A stretch of DNA of 32,609 nucleotides from Callorhinchus milii. Lineage: Eukaryota. Every line of letters starts with the position of its first letter. Within the stretch, counting starts at the first letter, position 1. The stretch covers positions 1-32,609 of the forward strand of contig NW_024705594.1 of NCBI RefSeq assembly GCF_018977255.1, given 5' to 3'. Shown here one piece after another: positions 23,939 to 32,609 of this stretch. The notes beneath the pieces were generated by a model. It did not search any database. It was not told the origin of the DNA and was given only the letters and a program-made list of their open reading frames with translations. The position numbers and the translations under genes were made by a program.

Positions 23939-24831
23939 AGATCGACCAGCATCAACCAAAACCGACTCGTCATCCCGCCGTGGAGAAAAAGAGTCAAAGT
24001 CTTCTGAACGAGCGCCGCCGCTCACCTCACAGCGGAGAAAGTCTCAGCTGCCGCTCGCACAGACAGCAGAGAGGTCGTATCGCTCCCCACATACAGACTC
24101 AAGGAAACAGAGAAAATCTTGTCAAACCGGTTCCTTTGTCAAAGAGTCTCGCCGAAGAATTAATTAAAACAGAGCCAGATTAGCTCTCCCGCAACACGCC
24201 CTCACCCACCATTGTATACATATACTTTCGCCTCTTGGGTATAATAAGTGCTATATTACCGCATAGGAAGTGTGTCATGCTTGTTTCAAACTCGACCAGT
24301 CGCCGATTGTGATCGATACATGGGCGAACTAATGAGATGCCTGGTAGGAAAAGTAGAGGTTACAATTGATAGAAGTGTTTTTAGTCATTCAATTCGTTAA
24401 ATGCATAAGTGTTTATTCATTCATTTTAGTCAAATGCATAAGAGTTTTCGTTATTCATATTGCATAATTGCATAATTTCGCAACTGCATAAGTTTTTGTC
24501 GTTCATATTATTATTGACGCATGTTTGACCTGCATGATAGAATGTCACGTGTTTGTTAGAATAAAATTGTTATCACAGAAGCATATCGAGTGTTCTTTCC
24601 AAGTCCATGCAAAACTGTCTTATTCATAAGAGCTGTTACCTGCGATGAGATATGAAAATGGAGACCTAAAATATTATAACACACACTAGGATAATCGGTA
24701 AACGTTTAATTGATGATAATCGTGTTATCCTGATTGATAACTCTGGATAAACGAAACTAAGTAAATTATCATAACTGCACACATTAACATAATCGCAAGC
24801 CTCCGCATAAATTACTACGATTATCTCCGTG

Positions 24832-24910
24832 ATTATCATAATTTATGCATATAATTACACGCATTATCATAATTTATGCATATTAATACACACATTAACA
24901 TAATTAATGC
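24832..24910. repeat. AT-rich ~31-bp tandem repeat, about 2.5 copies
   Basis: ATTATCATAATTTATGCATAT occurs twice, followed by a diverged ATTAACATAATTAATGC. Confidence 0.75.
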
Positions 24911-25217
24911 GATTTGCGCATTTTTCGGAAAATTATTAATTTTTATTATTTTTATCAAAATTTCATAATACCAACACATACAACACAATGCAGACAGATA
25001 TATCTAAAGTTTTATTTAAATAGAAGTTAAAATTCAATAAAACCTAGGCTAGAATACAAATCTGTAACAAAAATCCACGATGCCTTCAAATGTGCTCTTT
25101 AAAGTACCTCCTTGCGAAAAAACAGATCGGCAGACATCTTTCATTGAACGTTCTCTACACGAAACAAAGGAATGTTTTACACAAACTATAAATACCACGG
25201 CCTTTTAGGAATGCATG

Positions 25218-25795
25218 TGTAATGGGTTCCAGAGACACTTGAGGTATCTTCTTTATTACAATAAAACACTCCAACAGTCCTGATACTCTGTTACAGCCTA
25301 GGTACAGCCTAGGTACACAGCCTAGATACACTACTCTGGCTACGCTCTGGGTCCTCCGGCTGCAATTACCCTAGGGGAGGCTAATTGACCCGACCCAGCC
25401 AAGGTGCGGGTCTGGACTCTGGCTTCCTCGGAAATCGCCCTTACAAGGGTGTAGAGCCGGGAGTCCCAGAGTCCCACCACTGGCCCTCACAGTGTCCCGG
25501 CCCTTACAAGGACAAGCGGGACGAGGGGGTCCAGGGTCCTAAGCTGGCTGGTCTTGGGTCTTGAGCTACAACTGGCCCGATCGGCCAGGGAGCTGCCTCT
25601 TTTATGCCTCGTCCCCAACGAGGGGTGGGGTTGTGTGCGACCCCAGATATCCCACAGAGCACGCACAGCCCCCCCGTTGGTGGCGCCAAGGGCTTAACTG
25701 TTTGGGGTGCCTGGGATACTAGCGCCTGGCACCGAGGGCTTATCTGCCTAGGATCCGAGAGCCCCCAGCAACCCCTCCTCTCTTATGGCACTACA
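25218..25795 (-). mobile_element. Solo LTR (Gypsy-like), 578 bp, related to 852-1434
   Basis: TGTAA...CTACA ends with TSD CATG (25214-25217, 25796-25799). On the - strand, CATAAAAG (25599-25606) and AATAAA (25252-25257). Shares CTAGGGGAGGCTAA, CTTACAAG, TGTCC..GGCCCT..AAGGACA, GTCCAGGG and GAGGGGTGGGG in the same order as 852-1434. Confidence 0.88.
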
Positions 25796-26367
25796 CATGT
25801 GTTCAGTACAAGCCACCTGTGGACTGGTTTTGGTGTACAATGTCTCAACAGTCCGGCTTGCTTCAACTTATGTTCATCGGCAAGGTCCATTTCAAGTCTC
25901 AGTTCGACAAAATGTATACGTATACAAAATGATAATTAGTGTTCTTGTGGAGAATGTATCTCCTATACGTAACTTATAAGTGGCATACCTTAACTGATGA
26001 ATGATCCGACTATGCTCCCGATTTCAAAGACAATGAGTTGCCCCAGTCAGATGCGTCCTGATTCACAAAAATACCCTTTGACTCGTATCACAAAAATAAC
26101 AGCTCTCACGTGAGTTTTTGTACAGGTTACCACCAAAACAGATACTTTGTCCTGACAGCACATATTCCATGTTTGACATTAATACACAAAATGTTGTATG
26201 TACGTACAAAATCAGACGGGTATTCTTTCAATTATGATTCAAAATAATCAAAGGGCACATTGGCAACATTTTATTACTATACTGAAATGTACTGCGTCAC
26301 GTTGCAACGTATTTACAAGTTGATCTCTGCCGAGATGAGGCCTATATGTGCAGCACCCTCATAGAGG

Positions 26368-26432
26368 GAAGCCAAGTAGTAGTACATTCTCTATTTGTTG
26401 CAGAGGTTCAAGGTTCAAATCCGACTGGCATA
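26368..26432 (+). mobile_element. Degenerate tRNA-derived SINE head
   Basis: A-box-like AGCCAAGTAGT near 26370 and B-box GGTTCAAATCC at 26412-26422 with tRNA-like spacing. No intact cloverleaf. Confidence 0.4.
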
Positions 26433-26852
26433 TCAATCATCTCCCCCGACTTACAAACTCATATCCACATGCAGGCCAGTGAACGGTCACCTTGTGGCAC
26501 ACAGGGCAGATGCCCATTATCGGCACCCATCGAGTGTCTAAGATGAGATATGATACAAAACACTTGAGTCACTCCTGGTTAGAGATCGCCCCAACCCACA
26601 GGTTCCCAAATACTGGCCACGCTTACACTGCAGTTTGAACCTAGAAATTGAGTGTTCAACTTCACATTATATTGATTAGAAAGGCCTGTGACAAAGGTGC
26701 ATCCATTGGAGCTTAATTGTCTGAAGCTTGCACATCTACCTGGTCTCCATTTGATCTTAATTTTAGAACTTTCGTGACTGCAGTAATGATTATTTGGTTC
26801 TTTCGGTTAAGTCACGTCTAAAGATAAAATAATAAATTTAATTAAATAATAG

Positions 26853-26897
26853 CATACGACGTTTCGATTGCAACACAAGCAATCATCATCAGGTATA
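26853..26897 (-). ncRNA. Minimal type I hammerhead ribozyme (inverted copy)
   Basis: Exact reverse complement of 26997-27041. Confidence 0.85.
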
Positions 26898-26996
26898 ATG
26901 AATAGCGACATAAAATCTAACCAGAAAACTATAGACAGACATATTAGCAGACAGATATCACCAAGATACATCTTAGATTTTATGTCGCTACTTCAT

Positions 26997-27041
26997 TATA
27001 CCTGATGATGATTGCTTGTGTTGCAATCGAAACGTCGTATG
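26997..27041 (+). ncRNA. Minimal type I hammerhead ribozyme (PLE-type)
   Basis: Stem I TATAC/GTATG; core CTGATGA (27002-27008) plus one extra T; stem II GATTGC-ttgtgtt-GCAATC; GAAAC; cleavage triplet GTC (27034-27036). Stem III is reduced to the palindrome ACGT. Confidence 0.85.
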
Positions 27042-27064
27042 CTATTATTTAATTAAATTTATTA

Positions 27065-27580
<516 letters not shown>

Positions 27581-28630
27581 TTAATCTAAAAATGTCTTCC
27601 CACACACTGCATTTGAAGGGTTTATCTCCTGTGTGTGTTCTCTGGTGTCGTCGAAGAGCAGATGAATCTGAAAACGCCTTCTCACACACACTGCACTTGA
27701 AGGGTTTATCTCCTGTGTGTATTCTCTGGTGGGTCTGAAGAGTTGATGACTTTGCAAACGCCTTCCCACACAGAGTGCACTTAAAAGGTTTCTCTCCTTT
27801 GTGTATTTTCTGGTGGGTCTTAAGATTTGATGACATTGCAAACGCCTTCCCACACAGAGTGCACTTAAAAGGTTTCTCTCCTGTGTGTGTTCTCTGGTGT
27901 TGTTTAAGAGTAGATGAATAAAAAAATGCCTTCCCACACACTGCACTTGAAGGGGTTATCTCCTGTGTGTGTTCTCTGGTGGGTCTGAAGATATGACGAC
28001 CATGAAAATGCCTTCTCACACACAGTGCACTTGAAGGGTTTCTCTCCTGTGTGTGTTCTCTGGTGTCTTTGAAGATGTGATGACTGTGCAAACGCCTTCC
28101 CACACACAATGCACTTGAAATGTTTCTCTCCTGTGTGTGTTCTCTGGTGTCTTTGAAGATGTGGTGACTGTGCAAACGCCTTCTCACACACAGTGCACTT
28201 GAAAGGTTTCTTTCCTGTGTGTGTTCTCTGGTGTTGTTTAAGAGTAGATGAATAAAAAAATGCCTTCCCACACACACTGCACTTGAAGGGCTTATCTCCT
28301 GTGTGTGTTCTCTGGTGGGTCTTAAGATTTGATGACATTGCAAATGCCTTCCCACACAGAGTGCACTTAAAAGGTTTCTCTCCTGTGTGTGTTCTCTGGT
28401 GGATCTTAAGATTTGATGACAATGCAAACGCCTTCCCACACAGAGTGCACTTAAAAGGTTTCTCTCCTGTGTGTGTTCTCTGGTGGGTCTGAGAGTTTGA
28501 TGACTGTGCAAACGCCTTCCCACACACAGTGCACTTGAAGGGTTTCTCTCTGTGTGTGTTCTCTGGTGTGATTTAAGAATGAACGACCATGCAAACGCCT
28601 TCTCACACACAGTGCACTTGGAAAGGTTTA

Positions 28631-28963
<333 letters not shown>

Positions 28964-29463
28964 CTATCCTGTGTGTGTTCTCTGTTGTTTAAAAGTAGAT
29001 GAATCAAAAAATGCCTTCCCACACACATTGCACTTGAAGGGCTTATCTCCTGTGTGTGTTCTCTGGTGGGTTTGAAGATTTGATGACTTTGCAAACGCCT
29101 TCCCACACAGAGTGCACTTAAAAGGTTTCTCTCCTGTGTGTGTTTTCTGGTGGATCTTAAGATTTGATGACATTGCAAACGCCTTCCCACACAGAGTGCA
29201 CTTAAAAGGTTTATCTCCTGTGTGTGTTCTCTGGTGTGATTTAAGAATGGATGACTGTGCAAACACCTTTTTACACACACTGCACTTAAAAGGTTTCTCT
29301 CCTTTGTGTATTTTCTGGTGGGTCTTAAGATTTGATGACATTGCAAACGCCTTCCCACACAGAGTGCACTTAAAAGGTTTCTCTCCTGTGTGTGTTCTCT
29401 GGTGTTGTTTAAGAGTAGATGAATAAAAAAATGCCTTCCCACACACTGCACTTGAAGGGGTTA

Positions 29464-30018
<555 letters not shown>

Positions 30019-30459
30019 TCACACACAGTGCACTTGAAAGGTTTATCTCCTGTGTGTGTTCTCTGGTGTCTTTGAAGATGTGATGACAGTGCAAACGCCT
30101 TCCCACACACACTGCACTTAAAAGGTTTCTCTCCTGTGTGTGTTCTTTGGTGGGTCTGAAAATATGACGACATGAAAATGCCTTCTCACACACAGTGCAC
30201 TTGAAGGGTTTCTCTCCTGTGTGTGTTCTCTGGTGTCTTTGAAGATGTGATGACTGTGCAAACGCCATCTCACACACAGTGCACTTGAAAGGTTTCTTTC
30301 CTGTGTGTGTTCTCTGGTGTCTTTGAACATCTGGTGACCGTGCAAACGCCTTCTCACACACAGTGCACTTGAAAGGTTTCTTTCCTGTGTGTGTTCTCTG
30401 TGTTTAAAAGTAGATGAATCAAAAAATGCCTTCCACACACACTGCACTTGAAGGGCTTA

Positions 30460-30684
<225 letters not shown>

Positions 30685-32050
30685 TCACACACTGCACTTA
30701 AAAGGTTTCTCTCCTGTGTGTGTTCTCTGGTGGTCTTAAGATTTGATGACTTTGCAAACGCCTTCCCACACAGAGTGCACTTAAAAGGTTTCTCTCCTGT
30801 GTGTGTTCTCTGGTGTGATTTAAGAATGGATGACCGTGCAAACGCCTTCTCACACACAGTGCACTTGAAAGGTTTCTCTCCTGTGTGTGTTCTCTGGTGT
30901 GATTTAAGAATTGATGACTTGCAAACGCCTTCCCACACACACTGCACTTAAAAGGTTTCTCTCCTGTGTGTGTTCTCTGGTGTTGTTTAAGAGTAGATGA
31001 ATCAAACGCCTTCCCACACACACTGCACTTTGAAGGGGTTATCTCCTGTGTGTGTTCTCTGGTGTCTTTGAAGATGGATGACTGTGCAAACGCCTTCTCA
31101 CACACAGTGCACTTGAAAGGTTTCTTCCTGTGTGTGTTCTCTGGTGGGTTTAAGATTTGATGACTTTGCAAACGCCTTCCCACACAGAGTGCACTTAAAA
31201 GGTTTATCTCCTGTGTGTGTTCTGTGGTGTTGTTTAAGAGTAGATGAATCTGAAAATGCCTTCCCACACACACAGCACTCTAAGGGTTTCTCTCCTGTGT
31301 GTGTTCTCTGGTGCTGTGTCAAGTTTCCAGTACGATCCGTGCTGTTTGCATGCTGGTCGCATTGTTTCCTTCTTGTACTGAACTGCGCTGAGTGCCTTTG
31401 CTCCATCAGGCCAATTCTGCAGAGAGAGCGTCAGCTGCAAACAGAAAAGCATGTCCACACCATCTATGTGAGTATTGAGGCACAGAGGAATGCATATATA
31501 CACAGTCACACATGACTTACACATCTATACATATTCATATTTTCATGATATAGTGAAAGAGATTCCCCAATTCATCACACGGGCTGTTAAGGCACACAAT
31601 GCGAGGGCAAATGGTCATAAATATGCCTGGACACCCTAGTGTCTTCAAAATTAATGTTTACCAAAAACTCCAAGCACACAATTTCGGTTGTCTAGCTACG
31701 ACAGGAATATTTAAGAAAAAATTTGTTAACCTAGCAAAGGCTTTTGAAAATAATACTATTTGTATTATGCAGAAATGTATAAATTAATGTTCATTTGCAA
31801 CTTAGAGGTGTGAAGCCAGGCTCAGATAGCTTGAATGCGAGGATGAACAGATTTAACTTCAGCTGCATATGTGCTGTGTTAATTTCCTGACTGTTTCCAT
31901 TCTTATGAAAATTTCCAAAGCAAAACTAAAATAAACTATATTTATGATTTAACCTCCATGTTCAATCGAGTCAATATACTTGACAGCAAATACAAACTTC
32001 ACATGTTCATACACTTGCATGGTAAAAAGGTGGTTAAATTTTGACTTAAA

Positions 32051-32125
32051 ACTTTCGTGACTGCAGGAATTAATATTCTTTGGTTATTTCGGTAAAGTAT
32101 GTAGATAGAAAATAATAATACAAAT
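32051..32125. mobile_element. Third, diverged terminus of the Penelope-like family
   Basis: ACTTTCGTGACTGCAG (32051-32066) followed by TTTGGTTATTTCGGTAAAGT and an AAATAATAATA tract, matching 2516 and 26769. Confidence 0.65.
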
Positions 32126-32191
32126 AAAGTGAATAGAAGAAAAAAAAACGACTAATGTAGACTGTAGCCTGGTTCTTAACCTCGGTGAGCG

Positions 32192-32609
32192 CAGAGGCGT
32201 AGCTAGGATATTTTGCGCCCAGGGACGAACTATAAAATTGGCGCCCCCCCCCCCCCCGTTTAATCACATTTTCCTATTACATCGAATAAGGAATAACAAT
32301 TTTAATGAAACATTGTATATAAAGAAGCTAATTTATAGAAATTATATTACATGGCTCACTCAGTCACTGTCGTAGACTGGTTGACATAGTCTACAAAAGA
32401 TTATTTTTTCTTGATTTCACTGTCGCAAACTGGTCAATCACGTAATCAAAATATGTTTTTTCCAATGTTTTTCTTTCAACGCTAAGAAGAGCAAGATCGC
32501 TGATCTTGTCCCATTGAAGCACGCAAATACGACAAAATAAGTTTCAATTTGCTGAACGACCGCTCACAGCTTGCAATTGAAACTGCTACTGTTAATAAAA
32601 TTTGCAGTG
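32192..32609 (-). mobile_element. End of a hAT (Tip100-like) DNA transposon, running off the window
   Basis: TIR-like CAGAGGCGTAGCTAGG at 32192 with GCGCCC subterminal motifs, ~200 bp beyond the stop of a hAT transposase fragment. Confidence 0.7.
32391..32607 (-). pseudogene. hAT transposase C-terminal dimerisation domain, frameshifted
   Basis: Manual translation: LQILLTVAVSIASCERSFSKLKLILSYLRASMGQD /shift/ SDLALLSVERKTLEKTYFDYVIDQFATVKSRKNNLL*. It contains the hAT S..CERSFS.LK signature and is absent from the ORF track. Confidence 0.9.

Larger units (their letters stand above)
22260..24985 (+). mobile_element. Putative long (~2.7 kb) 3' LTR of the gag-bearing element
   Basis: Ends TGTTGT (22260) ... 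ACAACA (24985). Immediately preceded by the PPT-like TTCAAACGGGCGGAC. Candidate TATATAA near 23155 and AATAAA at 24560-24565. No second copy is in the window to confirm. Confidence 0.55.

Noticed and set aside
23421..24183. Six overlapping ORFs (VAHGGARWRT / CATVRHRAPP)
   Set aside because: By-product of a stop-free GC-rich decamer array.
31612..31640. Mariner-like TIR (reverse complement AGGGTGTCCAGGCATATTTATGACC)
   Set aside because: No partner TIR or transposase remnant was found.

Overview
Eukaryotic (metazoan, possibly jawless-vertebrate; taxon is an impression only) repeat-rich DNA with no prokaryotic features. (1) 1-4859: intergenic TE debris, including an RTE-LINE 3' remnant, two solo LTRs with 4-bp target-site duplications (TSDs), a long-TIR MITE-like palindrome and a Penelope-type fold-back fragment. 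(2) A 30-N gap, then ~14.9 kb (4890-~19800) with no recognisable genes, repeats or compositional structure; it reads like shuffled or synthetic sequence and I make no biological calls in it. (3) ~19800-24985: the 3' part of a Gypsy-like element with gag but no visible pol, internal tandem repeats, a PPT-like tract and a putative 2.7-kb 3' LTR. (4) 25218-25795: a third solo LTR, related to the first and sharing covarying hairpins with it. (5) 26713-31406 (- strand): a ~46-finger C2H2 zinc-finger gene with many frameshifts, a 17-18-finger higher-order duplication and an acidic tail rich in SUMO-consensus motifs. Its last codons are interrupted by a fold-back Penelope-like insert carrying two opposed minimal hammerhead ribozymes. 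(6) 32192-32609: one end of a hAT transposon with a frameshifted dimerisation domain. The best leads are the hammerhead fold-back insert and the covarying LTR RNA structure. I cannot support a new multi-gene system from this sequence.
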